From Bacteroidota bacterium (lineage in GTDB: Bacteria; Bacteroidota; Bacteroidia; Chitinophagales; Chitinophagaceae): DNA of 64,000 nucleotides. This document shows positions 30,690-41,319 of the stretch, piece after piece. The notes under the pieces are model-generated. The model was not told the origin of the DNA. It searched no databases and worked only from the letters and a program-made list of their open reading frames with translations. The stretch is taken from NCBI GenBank assembly GCA_026391155.1, contig JAPLEP010000007.1, positions 1,119 through 65,118 of the forward strand. The letters run 5' to 3'. The translations under genes were made by a program, and so were the position numbers. Numbering within the stretch: the stretch's first letter is position 1; every line of letters begins with the position of its first letter.

Positions 30690-31677
30690 TTTTAATCACC
30701 AATTCTTTTAATAAATCCGCATCTGTATTGTCTGCATCATGAATGCCCAATACCCTTAAATTGTATTCGTGAATTAACAATAAAATTTGTTCTACTTTAT
30801 TGTAAGAATATTGCCTTAATGCAGCCAAATATATTTTAACTGCGAAAAAACTCACACCTACCTCACTCATAATTCTTTTTTCATCACTCGACCCCAAGCC
30901 ATAGATAGCATATACTTTACTAAAAAAAGCATACAAAGTGGGCAGTATCAATTGAATGGGGGCTGCTTTATTATTGGATTCAAAATATTGAATCATTCGA
31001 ATGGCCTTGGAGAAATTTCTTTGCGCCACGGCTTCTTGAAATTCAAATGCATTGTATTCTTTACTGATGCCAATGAACTTCTCAATATCATCTTCGGTCA
31101 TTTTTTTACGGTCGCCCAAATTAACCATCAGTTTCTCTAGTTCATTTTGTATGCGGCTTAGATCATTCCCAATATGATCTACAATAATTTGCACCGCTTT
31201 GGGACTTATTTGATACCCATGATCCGCCACCCACTGATTAACCCATTCTGGCAATTTACTGTCGTACATTTTTTTAGTACTCACTACAACCGCCTTGGTT
31301 TTTAAAGCCTTGGCTAAGACAGACCTCCCATCTACATTTTTATCTTTGTGTGCAACAATTAAAATAGTAGAACTTAATGGATGTTCGATATAAGACAATA
31401 ATTTGTCTAGTTGATTCATGTGTTGCGCTTCTTTGATAATCACCACTTGCTTCTCTGCAAACACCGGATAGCGTTTACAAGCATTGATGACTTGCGTCCA
31501 ATCGGCATCTTTGCCATAAAATAGGGTCAAATTAAAGGCCTGTTCCGCTTCTGGTAATAATTTCTTTTCGGCATAATCCACCACTTGATCAATGTAAAAA
31601 GGTTCTTCCCCTTCTAGCCAATAGACAGCATCAAAGACATTCTTTTTCCAATTGGCTATGATTTTTGTCATGGGCAT
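30667..31677 (-). CDS. holA: DNA polymerase III delta subunit
   Basis: Y.LEGEEPFYID, AFNLTLFYGKD and IGISKEYNAFE motifs. Start is likely ATG 31677 or 31671 because the track TTG lies within the TATCTTTG promoter. Confidence 0.93.
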   Translation of the reverse strand: MPMTKIIANWKKNVFDAVYWLEGEEPFYIDQVVDYAEKKLLPEAEQAFNLTLFYGKDADWTQVINACKRYPVFAEKQVVIIKEAQHMNQLDKLLSYIEHPLSSTILIVAHKDKNVDGRSVLAKALKTKAVVVSTKKMYDSKLPEWVNQWVADHGYQISPKAVQIIVDHIGNDLSRIQNELEKLMVNLGDRKKMTEDDIEKFIGISKEYNAFEFQEAVAQRNFSKAIRMIQYFESNNKAAPIQLILPTLYAFFSKVYAIYGLGSSDEKRIMSEVGVSFFAVKIYLAALRQYSYNKVEQILLLIHEYNLRVLGIHDADNTDADLLKELVIKIMDTSVK

Positions 31678-31788
31678 ACTCAAAGATAAAGATTTGTATA
31701 ACTAAATATAATAAATTGTAAACAGATAATAGAAATATAAAATGTGTTAAAATTTGACGTATCTTGCACCTCAACAAAAAACATATTT

Positions 31789-32700
31789 ATGAGCAATGAA
31801 TCATCTAGCAACAGCAGTAAAATCATCATAGGCATTTTAGTCGTTGCCCTTATCGGTTCTTGGATTTATTTCAACAACTCAAAAACTGAAATTATCAATA
31901 CCTATGACAATAAAGTAGCTGTTATTGATAGTGCAAAATCAAAAATTCAGTCTGAATTTATAGCCATTTCTGCTAAAGCAGATTCCTTAACACAGCAAAA
32001 CACAGAATTACAAGGAGATTTGTTAGACAAGTCCAATCAAATTCAAAAATTAAAGTCAAATATTGGCAATATCTTACGCAAGCAAGATGCTACCATTAAA
32101 GAATTGGCTGAAGCTAAAACTTTAATAGAAGAATTAAATGGAAAAGTAACTGGTCTATTTGCTGATCTTTCTAAAGCACAAGCAGAGAATAAAGAATTGG
32201 CGACTAAAAACCAAGATTTAACAAATGCCAATACAACTTTGAACAGCAATCTAACTGCTACTCAAAAAGAAAAAGAAAGATTACAAGACATTGGTTCTAC
32301 CCTACACGCTTCTTCTTTTAACATTCAATCTTTGAGAATTAAAGAAGACGGTACTGAGAAACAAACAAACAATACAAGAAGAGCCAATACCTTACGTTTG
32401 TCTTTTCAAATTGACAAGAATAAAATCACTCCTTCTGGTGCACAAGAACTTTATGTTTGTATCACAGGTCCAGATGGCAAAGCTTTCTCAGAGGGTGGTA
32501 AAATAAATACAAGAGAAGATGGCAGTAAGGCTTATTCTAATAAAATTGTTGTTCAATACGAACAAAACAAAGAATTAGGAGTAAGTTATGACATCAAACA
32601 AAGCAATCAATTGGCAGAAGGCGATTACAAAATTGAAGTGTACCACAATGGTTTTAAGATTGGAGAAGGAAAAACTAGCTTAAAGAAAGGTTTATTTTAA
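31789..32700 (+). CDS. Membrane-anchored coiled-coil protein with C-terminal beta-sandwich-like domain (hypothetical)
   Basis: N-terminal TM, heptad-rich middle and C-terminal G.Y.IEVY..GF.IG motif. Confidence 0.75.
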   Translation: MSNESSSNSSKIIIGILVVALIGSWIYFNNSKTEIINTYDNKVAVIDSAKSKIQSEFIAISAKADSLTQQNTELQGDLLDKSNQIQKLKSNIGNILRKQDATIKELAEAKTLIEELNGKVTGLFADLSKAQAENKELATKNQDLTNANTTLNSNLTATQKEKERLQDIGSTLHASSFNIQSLRIKEDGTEKQTNNTRRANTLRLSFQIDKNKITPSGAQELYVCITGPDGKAFSEGGKINTREDGSKAYSNKIVVQYEQNKELGVSYDIKQSNQLAEGDYKIEVYHNGFKIGEGKTSLKKGLF

Positions 32701-32738
32701 GATTATTATCTTCGACTGCGCTGCAGTATATAAAGTAT

Positions 32739-32779
32739 AAAAGAAAGGCCTCCCATTAAACCGGGAGGCCTTTCTTTTT
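32739..32779. terminator. Bidirectional intrinsic terminator
   Basis: AAAAGAAAGGCCTCCC / GGGAGGCCTTTCTTTT between convergent genes. Confidence 0.88.
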
Positions 32780-32802
32780 ATAAAATTTAATACTAACCAA
32801 TC

Positions 32803-33117
32803 CTAATTTACCAACTCATTGGTATTGCTTAAATCCTGCATCATACCACCAATAGGTATTTCATTGTAGGATAAAGCATAAAACCACAATTGAATGGCAG
32901 CAGGAGAAATAGATTCAACAAAGAAATTCACTTTGCTTAAAAATGGAATTAATTTGTGGGTAAGCTCATGTAGCTCATTGCCCTCTTCGGCCAATGACCA
33001 TGCATGTAACAAACTTTTCAACTGTGCTAACTCATTGTCCAATAAATGATCGAAGGCGTGCAATTGTATAAATTCTGAAACAGCTTCATACAACATTGCT
33101 TTGTTATTTGCTTTCAT
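32803..33117 (-). CDS. Hypothetical helical protein
   Basis: 104-aa ATG ORF ending just before a terminator; no recognisable family. Confidence 0.6.
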   Translation of the reverse strand: MKANNKAMLYEAVSEFIQLHAFDHLLDNELAQLKSLLHAWSLAEEGNELHELTHKLIPFLSKVNFFVESISPAAIQLWFYALSYNEIPIGGMMQDLSNTNELVN

Positions 33118-33270
33118 ACATTAATGTTTTTAATGGGTTTGATTACAAAGCAAAGTTCAACCCATATTATTACCTAAATGTTATCAAAACTCATTTTAAC
33201 ATAAATGTGGAAAACTTGACTAAAAATGTTCGTTTACCTAGCTAAGATTACTGAATAAGAAGCTTTTATG

Positions 33271-35211
33271 TCATTTTAACACAATGGCAGATAAGGCCGG
33301 AAGGTTCAATAAAAGCTTGTTCCACTCTCCTTTTTCCTCCTGACCTAGCATAGGAATACTTGGATTACTCAAATCACCAGCACCCCAATATTGCTTGGCA
33401 TCACTATTGAAAATTTCTTTCCATACTTTTTTTCCAAATACATGAATGGGATAATCATGTCTTGGTACAGGCGTCAAATTCAAAACCACTAAAACGTCTT
33501 CGGCTGGTTTATTCCCCTTACGTTTAAACGCCATCACTGCTTCGTCACGTTTATTTAACTCTACCCATTCAAAACCTTTTGGATCAAATTGCAGTTCATA
33601 CAAAGCTGGATGGGCCTTGTATAAAGCATTCAATGCTTGTACACAAGTTTTCATTCCTTGATGACTTTCTATTTTTAATAAGTCCCATTGTAACTCGGTG
33701 GTATAATTCCATTCCTTGGTGGCAGCAAATTCATTGCCCATAAACAATAATTTGGCACCCGGGTGTAAAAACATATACGTATACATTAACCTTAGATTGG
33801 CAAATTTCTGCCAATCATCTCCAGGCATTTTATAAATCATGGGGCTTTTGCCATGTACTACTTCATCGTGGCTTAAAGGCAACATAAAACTCTCGTCATA
33901 AAAATACATCATGGAAAAAGAAAACTTATCCTGATGCATAGACCTAAACAAAGGATCCAATTTAAAATAATCCAAAGTATCGTGCATCCAACCCATCATC
34001 CACTTCATGCCAAAACCTAGGCCATCCATAAAAGTGGGCTTGCTAATGCCTGGCCAATCAGATGCTTCTTCGGCAATCGTTTGTATATAAGGGAAGTCTC
34101 GGTACAAGGTTTCATTTAAGTCTTTGATAAAAGCAATGGCTTCTATATTGCCATTTCCTCCAAACTCATTGGGCTCCCATTCACCTTCTTCTCTGCTATA
34201 ATCCAATTTTAACATAGAACTTACAGCGTCTACCCTTAAGCCGTCAATATGGAATTGGTCACACCAAAAACGTGCACTACTAATTAAAAAAGATTTCACC
34301 TCTCCTCTTTTATAATTGAATATATAGGAGTTCCAATCGGGATGATAGCCCTTTCGCATATCGGCATACTCATAAGTATTGGTACCGTCAAACATAAACA
34401 AGCCATGGGCATCATAAGGAAAATGTGAAGGCACCCAATCAACGATGACTCCAATTTCTGCTGCATGAAAGGCTTCCACTAAGGCAGCAAATTCTTGCGG
34501 ATTACCAAAACGTGAAGTAGGTGCAAAAAATCCTACCCCTTGATAACCCCAGCTACCATCAAAAGGATGTTCCATCACAGGCATGAACTCCACATGTGTA
34601 AAACCCATTTCTTTTACATAAGGAACAAGTAAGCTAATGAGTTGGGTATAGGAATTATAAGAATTTTCATTGTTTTTGTCGGGACGCATCCAACTGGCCA
34701 AATGCACTTCATAGACAGAATAAGGCTGGTCGGTTCTGTTTTTAATTTTTCTTTGTTCTATCCACTTGGTATCCTGCCATGGATAATTCGTTTGCCAGGT
34801 AATAGAAGCGGTCAAGGGCCTTAGCTCCCAATAATTGGCAAAGGGGTCACCCTTATCTAACTTTACTCCTTGATAGCCATGGATATGGTATTTATATACT
34901 TCTCCTTGATGGATACCTGGAACAAAGCCTTCCCAAATACCAGAACTATCTTGTCTTACTTTTAATAAATGGGCTTCATTATTCCAATCATTAAAATTTC
35001 CCTTCACATACACCGCAGTTGCATTAGGCGCCCATACAGCAAAGTAGGTTCCCTTTGTACCCGATACTTCTAATTGTTTATTTCCAAAAAAGGTATACAA
35101 TGAATAATGCGTTCCATTTTGAAAATTATGTACATCTTCATCTGTAAATAAAGAATAGTTCCAAACAGCTTGCTTGGTATCTACAAAATGAAGATCCTCG
35201 TATTTTGGCAT
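33271..35211 (-). CDS. glgB: 1,4-alpha-glucan branching enzyme
   Basis: FAVWAPNA, YEVHLASW, EHPFDGSWGYQ, DGLRVDAVSSM and LPLSHDEVVHGK motifs. Confidence 0.97.
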   Translation of the reverse strand: MPKYEDLHFVDTKQAVWNYSLFTDEDVHNFQNGTHYSLYTFFGNKQLEVSGTKGTYFAVWAPNATAVYVKGNFNDWNNEAHLLKVRQDSSGIWEGFVPGIHQGEVYKYHIHGYQGVKLDKGDPFANYWELRPLTASITWQTNYPWQDTKWIEQRKIKNRTDQPYSVYEVHLASWMRPDKNNENSYNSYTQLISLLVPYVKEMGFTHVEFMPVMEHPFDGSWGYQGVGFFAPTSRFGNPQEFAALVEAFHAAEIGVIVDWVPSHFPYDAHGLFMFDGTNTYEYADMRKGYHPDWNSYIFNYKRGEVKSFLISSARFWCDQFHIDGLRVDAVSSMLKLDYSREEGEWEPNEFGGNGNIEAIAFIKDLNETLYRDFPYIQTIAEEASDWPGISKPTFMDGLGFGMKWMMGWMHDTLDYFKLDPLFRSMHQDKFSFSMMYFYDESFMLPLSHDEVVHGKSPMIYKMPGDDWQKFANLRLMYTYMFLHPGAKLLFMGNEFAATKEWNYTTELQWDLLKIESHQGMKTCVQALNALYKAHPALYELQFDPKGFEWVELNKRDEAVMAFKRKGNKPAEDVLVVLNLTPVPRHDYPIHVFGKKVWKEIFNSDAKQYWGAGDLSNPSIPMLGQEEKGEWNKLLLNLPALSAIVLK

Positions 35212-35213
35212 AA

Positions 35214-37082
35214 TTATTTCGTTAATTCAATCACTTGCATTGTCATCGATGCCAATGAAAATTCCTTCCCTATTTTATTTCCTGTGACAATATCCTTACC
35301 TCCAGTAAACCCATGAGTTCTTTCACTAAACTTTTCAAAATTAAGTTTTCTTTCCTTGGTATCGGTATTCATTACACACATAATAGTTTGGTCTTTTGAA
35401 TACCTGAAATAAACATATAATCCGTCTTCAGGTATGTACTGCATCATATCACCGGATGTTAAGGCTGATGATGTTTTACGATAAGTGCCTAATAGTTGTA
35501 CATAATGTAAAAAATTTTTTTCTTGGTCTGTCATGCCTTGTTCTGTAAATGCATTTTTTTGATCACCGGCCCAGCCACCAGGAAAATCTAGTCTTACCCA
35601 ACCATCTGGATTGGAGATGCCCTTCATTAAAACTTCTGAACCATAATACATTTGTGGGATACCTCTACAAGTCATTAACCAGGCATAGGCCATTTTAGTT
35701 TTGGGTATATTTTCTCCTAAGGAAGAATGTATACGCGTCATATCATGGTTGTCTAAAAATATCACATTATTACTAGGCACTTGATACAAATAGTCATTGC
35801 TTAAAGTGCTGTATAATTTAATGATACCTCCTCCCCAATCGTTTTTTTCATTGAGTGCAGGCAAAATACCTGAAAACAATAAATGAAAATCAGAAGTAGC
35901 ATGTAAATTGCTTTTGAAAGGAATATTTAAATTGTTTCGAACAAAATAAGCCTGAGAGGATACACCATCGACCCAGCATTCTCCAAAATTGAATATATGG
36001 GAATACTCACTAATAAGGGCTTGGTTCAATCTATTCATTACTTCAACATTACAGTATTTATATGTATCAATTCTAAATGCATCAATACCATAGGTCTCCA
36101 CCGACCAAATAGCATTCTGTGTTAAATACTTTTCTACAAATGGGTTTTCCTGGTTTACATCGGGCATTTCAGTGGTGAACCAACCATTAATCATTTTTTT
36201 AGCATCCCCTTTTGAATGATGCGGGTCAAATACAGCTTGCTCTCTGTAATGTGTTTGTGTATAGGAAGGCCACTGATGCACCCAGTTTTTATCTGGTGCA
36301 TCTTGCACCAAGAAATGAAAACGACCAAAATGATTATATACAATGTCTTGTATTAATTTCATGCCTCTTTTATGCAAACTATCGCTTAATGCTAAATAAG
36401 CTGCATCACCCCCAAAGCGTTTTTCAATAGCATAATTATTTGTAGCTGCATATCCATGCTCGGTTCTATCAGGCATATTATTTTCAATCACAGGCGTCAT
36501 CCATAAAGTAGACACCCCCAATTTTTCAAAATAATTTAAATGATTGGTCACCCCTTTTAAATCACCCCCATGTCTTAAGAAAATAGAATCTCTATTTAAG
36601 GACTGGTCTTTCAATCCTGCAATTTGGTCATTACTAGGATCCCCATTACTAAAACGGTCAGGCATTAAAAAATAAATAAGATCAGATGGGTTAAGTCCTT
36701 GTGCAAATAAAGTTCCTCTGCCCTTTCTTCTTGAAAGCAAAGACCAACTTGTATTTGTTTTCTCTCCCTTATTATTAAAGATAAAATTTACAGTTCCTGG
36801 TTTTGCAGTAGATGCAATTTCAATATCTACTGCTATATAATGTCCATTTTCAAAATGATGGACTCCCAGCACTTTCACCCCAGTATAATTTGCATTTACT
36901 GTAGCCTTAGAAAAATCAGCACTCGTATTTCTAAATAAAATTTGAACTTTATTGAATTGCATTTGCGTAAACCAATTGGTAGGATATGCCTCTGTAGTTT
37001 GACCAGAAGCAATGGATAGCATCGCAAAATTCAAAAGCACAATGGTCATTATATATGGACGGTAATTAATTCGAAACTTCAT
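35214..37082 (-). CDS. Exported GH13 neopullulanase/cyclomaltodextrinase (SusA-like)
   Basis: Signal peptide, P.NWF, IYFLMPDRFSNGD, RHGGDLKG, RIDTY and FLDNHD motifs. Confidence 0.88.
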   Translation of the reverse strand: MKFRINYRPYIMTIVLLNFAMLSIASGQTTEAYPTNWFTQMQFNKVQILFRNTSADFSKATVNANYTGVKVLGVHHFENGHYIAVDIEIASTAKPGTVNFIFNNKGEKTNTSWSLLSRRKGRGTLFAQGLNPSDLIYFLMPDRFSNGDPSNDQIAGLKDQSLNRDSIFLRHGGDLKGVTNHLNYFEKLGVSTLWMTPVIENNMPDRTEHGYAATNNYAIEKRFGGDAAYLALSDSLHKRGMKLIQDIVYNHFGRFHFLVQDAPDKNWVHQWPSYTQTHYREQAVFDPHHSKGDAKKMINGWFTTEMPDVNQENPFVEKYLTQNAIWSVETYGIDAFRIDTYKYCNVEVMNRLNQALISEYSHIFNFGECWVDGVSSQAYFVRNNLNIPFKSNLHATSDFHLLFSGILPALNEKNDWGGGIIKLYSTLSNDYLYQVPSNNVIFLDNHDMTRIHSSLGENIPKTKMAYAWLMTCRGIPQMYYGSEVLMKGISNPDGWVRLDFPGGWAGDQKNAFTEQGMTDQEKNFLHYVQLLGTYRKTSSALTSGDMMQYIPEDGLYVYFRYSKDQTIMCVMNTDTKERKLNFEKFSERTHGFTGGKDIVTGNKIGKEFSLASMTMQVIELTK

Positions 37083-37087
37083 ATTTT

Positions 37088-38404
37088 TTATTTTTTCTCT
37101 TCTTTAATGATAATGGCACATACAATGCCTGCTAATACTAATAAGAAACCTCCTATTTGAACAGCCATTAACCGATCGTTATGCAAATAGGTTGACATAA
37201 TTTTTCCAAAAAAGATAGAAGCTAATATCTCAGGCAAGACAATGAAGAAATTGAAAATGCCCATATAGATGCCCATTTTTTGAACAGGAATAAAACTAGA
37301 TAACATGGAATAAGGCATCGATAAAATTGAAGCCCAGGCTATACCTACTAGTCCCATACTCAAATACAATAAATTGGGTTGCTGCACATAGTATACTGAA
37401 ATTAAACCTAGCCCTCCAATAAGTAAACAGGCTGTATGGGTCATTTTTTTTCCAATTTTGCCTACCCAAAATGGCAGGGTAAAGGAAAATCCAAAAGTGA
37501 CTAAGTTTAAAATAGCCGAAGTAGTATTGGCATGTTCCAAGCCCATGGTATAAACGTCGCTGCTCGTAATGGGGTCGCCATGGTATAATTGACTGGCCAC
37601 CCCTGTGCTGTAATAAAACCACATTAAAAATAGTCCTGGCCAAGTAATAAAATTAACCAAGGCTAACCTTTTCATCTGAATGGGCATGTGCAAAATGGAA
37701 TCAATGATCTCTTGCATTATGCCTTTTTTATTTTCTTCTTTTTCTTTTGAAACACTTAGTGAAGGAGGATATTCTTTGCTTTTAAATACTGTATACAAAA
37801 CCGACACTAAAAAAACAGCACCCCCTATATAAAAAGACAGTAAAATATTTTGAGGAATAGACCCATTGGTTTTAGCCCTTGAAACATGAAACCAGTTGAC
37901 CAATACTTGAGGCAAATAACCAGCAATGAAAGAAGCCAAACCAATAAACATGCTCTGCATCGCAAAACCATAAGAACGTTGTTTTTCATCTAAATTGTCG
38001 GCCACAAAAGCCCTGAATGGCTCCATGGTTACATTAATACTTGAATCCAATATCCATAATACACCTGCTGCTATCCATATAGATCCTGCATTAGGCATCA
38101 CAAACAATAATGAAGAACTAAGTATAGCCCCTACTAAAAAGAAAGGTCTTCTTCTGCCTAATTTGGGATGCCAGGTTCGGTCACTAAAATAACCTACAAT
38201 GGGCTGTACCAATAAACCAGTCATAGGTGCAGCCAACCATAAGCCTGGAATTTGTTCAGGCGTAGCGCCTAAAAATTCATAGATGGCACTCATGTTGCCC
38301 ATTTGCAAACTCCAACCAAATTGGATGCCAAAAAATCCAAAACACATGTTCCAAATTTGCCAAAAACTTAATTTGACCTTGACACCTGTATATGCTGTAT
38401 TCAT
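37088..38404 (-). CDS. MFS transporter, SLC45/maltose-permease-like
   Basis: QIWNMCFGFFGIQFG, LVQPIVG..SDRT and GRRRPF motifs. Confidence 0.85.
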   Translation of the reverse strand: MNTAYTGVKVKLSFWQIWNMCFGFFGIQFGWSLQMGNMSAIYEFLGATPEQIPGLWLAAPMTGLLVQPIVGYFSDRTWHPKLGRRRPFFLVGAILSSSLLFVMPNAGSIWIAAGVLWILDSSINVTMEPFRAFVADNLDEKQRSYGFAMQSMFIGLASFIAGYLPQVLVNWFHVSRAKTNGSIPQNILLSFYIGGAVFLVSVLYTVFKSKEYPPSLSVSKEKEENKKGIMQEIIDSILHMPIQMKRLALVNFITWPGLFLMWFYYSTGVASQLYHGDPITSSDVYTMGLEHANTTSAILNLVTFGFSFTLPFWVGKIGKKMTHTACLLIGGLGLISVYYVQQPNLLYLSMGLVGIAWASILSMPYSMLSSFIPVQKMGIYMGIFNFFIVLPEILASIFFGKIMSTYLHNDRLMAVQIGGFLLVLAGIVCAIIIKEEKK

Positions 38405-38420
38405 ATTTTTTAATTAAATA

Positions 38421-39704
38421 TTATATGATAAATCCATTGGGGATAAATGCCCCTTTTTTGATTACTACAATGCCATCTTTAATGGTATAAAATGGATGAT
38501 CCACTTTTTCATGATGCGCGCCTCCTTTAATCTGAACATCATTGCCAATGGAACAATTTTTATCTACAATGGCATCTTCAATCACACATCTTTCCCCAAT
38601 GCCTAAAATGGGTTCTCCTTTTTCATTTTTTTTGTTCATCTGGTCGATGGTTTCATAATAATCACAACCCATGATATAACAATTTTTAACCAGGGTATCC
38701 TTGCCTATTCTTGAACGAATACCGATCACTGAATTGGTCACTTCTTTTGCATGAATGATACAACCTTCGGCGATTATGGCTTTATTAATAATAGTTCCGC
38801 TCACTTTAGCAGGCGGTAACATTCTTGCTCTAGTATAGACTGTTTGTGCGCTATCAAACAAATTAAACAAAGGAACGTCTTGAGTCAAAGCTATATTGGC
38901 TTCAAAAAATGAATAAATATTTCCAATGTCTGTCCAATAGCCATCATATTGATAACTTAATACTTTATAATGGGCAATAGAATCTGGAATGATTTCTTTA
39001 CCAAAATCGGTCGCATTAGGATGTACTTCATTTAAAAATTGATACAAGATTTCTTTATTAAAAACATAAATGCCCATGGAAGCTAAATAATTTCGGCCTT
39101 GTGCTTTCATTTCTTTACCCGTATCGCTTACCCAATCATTTAAAATTTCTTTTTTAGGCTTTTCTACAAAAGAAGTAATTACATTTTCTTGATTCGATTT
39201 TAAAATACCAAATTCAGGCGCCTCTCTTTCTCCCACTGGAATGGTGGCAATAGTTAATGCAGCGCCACTTTTTTTATGTGCATCAATCATTTGACTAAAA
39301 TCCATTTGATACAATTGGTCGCCACTTAAAATAAGTACATAGTCAAAATCCATTTTTGCCAAATGCCTCAAAGACTGCCTAACTGCATCCGCAGTTCCTT
39401 GAAACCAACCAGGATTATCGGGGGTTTGTTCTGCCGCTAAAATATCTACAAAGCCAGAACTAAATGCACTAAAATGATAGGTGTTTTTAATGTGTTGATT
39501 CAAGGAAGCTGAATTGAACTGAGTCAACACAAAAATTCTATTTAAATTACTATTGATACAATTGCTGATAGGAATATCTACCAATCGATACTTACCTCCA
39601 ATGGGTACTGCAGGTTTTGATCTACTTGCTGTTAAAGGATATAACCTTGAACCAGCACCGCCACCTAAAATAATAGAGACTGTTTCTTTAGCAAATACTG
39701 CCAT
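38421..39704 (-). CDS. glgC: Glucose-1-phosphate adenylyltransferase
   Basis: GGGAGSRLYPLT..RSKPAVP, WFQGTADAVRQ, FVEKP and DFGKEIIP motifs. Confidence 0.97.
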   Translation of the reverse strand: MAVFAKETVSIILGGGAGSRLYPLTASRSKPAVPIGGKYRLVDIPISNCINSNLNRIFVLTQFNSASLNQHIKNTYHFSAFSSGFVDILAAEQTPDNPGWFQGTADAVRQSLRHLAKMDFDYVLILSGDQLYQMDFSQMIDAHKKSGAALTIATIPVGEREAPEFGILKSNQENVITSFVEKPKKEILNDWVSDTGKEMKAQGRNYLASMGIYVFNKEILYQFLNEVHPNATDFGKEIIPDSIAHYKVLSYQYDGYWTDIGNIYSFFEANIALTQDVPLFNLFDSAQTVYTRARMLPPAKVSGTIINKAIIAEGCIIHAKEVTNSVIGIRSRIGKDTLVKNCYIMGCDYYETIDQMNKKNEKGEPILGIGERCVIEDAIVDKNCSIGNDVQIKGGAHHEKVDHPFYTIKDGIVVIKKGAFIPNGFII

Positions 39705-39720
39705 AACCTAAAAATTATAA

Positions 39721-41136
39721 TTATAAAATTGATTCATACACTTTTTTATATTCCTGTACCACTGATTCCCAACTATGATCTATCTGCATGGCCAATTGAA
39801 TCATTTGGTTCAATTGTTTTTTATCCTTGTATACTGCAATGGCTCGCTCCACCGAATAAACAATATCTTCTTCTGTTGCATTTAAAAATTTGATGCCAAA
39901 ACCACCTTCGTCACCCATGTCCACCACGGTATCATGCAAACCACCAGTATCTCTCACCATCGGCAGGGTGCCATAACGAAGTGCATACAACTGATTCAAA
40001 CCACAAGGCTCTACTCTACTGGGCATCAATAAAAAATCTGCAGCAGCATAAGCCTCATGTCCAATTTTTTCATCATACCCAATAAAAGTATTGTAATTGC
40101 CTGGATACAATTGGACTAAATAATTTAATGCAGATTCGGTGGAAGTATCCCCAGCACCAATGATGAAAAAATTGGCACCTGCCTTTGTTTTATCTAAGGC
40201 ATACTGAATGGCACCTGGCAAAACATCGGCTGCTTTTTCTCCCACCAATCTGCCAATAAAAACAATCAAAGGTTTTGTGGGATCTAAATTATATTTGGCA
40301 CACAAAGCTTTTTTATTTTTCATCTTTTCTACGGCTACATCCACTGCTGAATAATGATTTGCGATCATTGGATCGGTAGCCGGATTCCAAACTTCATTGT
40401 CAATTCCATTTAAAATACCCACGCATTTTTTCTCTTCCTCTTTAAATAATGCTTCCATACCATTGGACTGGTATTTGAGTTGGGCTAAATAGCTATGACT
40501 TACGGTGGTTACTTTATCGGCACATTTTACGCCTGTGGCTAAAGCATTGATATTGTTGTCCCATTCTAACAAACCTCTTTTCCATGTATCCCATCTTGGA
40601 ATAAGTAAGCTCTTGTCCCAGCCCATCGCCCCATGGTATTGTGCATTGTGAATACTCAAGACTGTTTTTACCAATTGTAATTTTTGATAATCGTAACAAT
40701 ATTTCATCATAAATGGAATCAAGGCCGCTTGATGATCATGACAATGCACAATAGTTGGCAAGTCCGTCCACTGTGTCAACCAATTCACTACCGCTACTTG
40801 AAAGCCAATGAATCGGTCGATATCATCAGGATAGCCATATATTTTTGGTCTATCCAATAAACCATTTATATCTACTAAGTATAAATCGAAGCCTAGCTTC
40901 CCAGTACTTTCTTTGATAATGGTATAATCAAAAAACCAATTGCCTAAATTGGTCTTTCCTTTAAAATGTACCTCCCATTTATTTTCTTGTAAAAAAGGAG
41001 TTTGGTACATAGGTAGTACCACCATGGCTTCGGTTCCATTTTTTTTCTGGTATTTAGGCAATGCCCCCACTACATCCCCTAAGCCTCCCGCTTTTGCCAT
41101 TGGATAACATTCCGCACTTACATGAACAACGACCAT
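39721..41136 (-). CDS. glgA: Glycogen synthase (GT5)
   Basis: AECYPMAKAGGLGDV, HCHDH, GILNGID and PSRVEPCGLNQLY motifs. Start likely ATG 41136. Confidence 0.95.
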   Translation of the reverse strand: MVVVHVSAECYPMAKAGGLGDVVGALPKYQKKNGTEAMVVLPMYQTPFLQENKWEVHFKGKTNLGNWFFDYTIIKESTGKLGFDLYLVDINGLLDRPKIYGYPDDIDRFIGFQVAVVNWLTQWTDLPTIVHCHDHQAALIPFMMKYCYDYQKLQLVKTVLSIHNAQYHGAMGWDKSLLIPRWDTWKRGLLEWDNNINALATGVKCADKVTTVSHSYLAQLKYQSNGMEALFKEEEKKCVGILNGIDNEVWNPATDPMIANHYSAVDVAVEKMKNKKALCAKYNLDPTKPLIVFIGRLVGEKAADVLPGAIQYALDKTKAGANFFIIGAGDTSTESALNYLVQLYPGNYNTFIGYDEKIGHEAYAAADFLLMPSRVEPCGLNQLYALRYGTLPMVRDTGGLHDTVVDMGDEGGFGIKFLNATEEDIVYSVERAIAVYKDKKQLNQMIQLAMQIDHSWESVVQEYKKVYESIL

Positions 41137-41319
41137 GAACAGATTAATTTGATTCAATTTACTTCATTGTGCTTAAAACTCCTTGTTTTTTAAGCACTTA
41201 ATTCGAATTATTTAAAGATAGATTTTAGCCAATTTTATGCCATTGAATTATAATTTTAAGTATTTTACGGAATCGATTAAACAATAACCTAAACTATTAC
41301 GATTAAATCAACGAATCTT

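Noticed and set aside
33194-33221. dif-like site (minus strand TTATGTTAAAA resembles the XerD arm)
   Set aside because: The XerC arm (AGTCAAGTTTT) lacks the inner ATAA symmetry; likely chance in AT-rich DNA.
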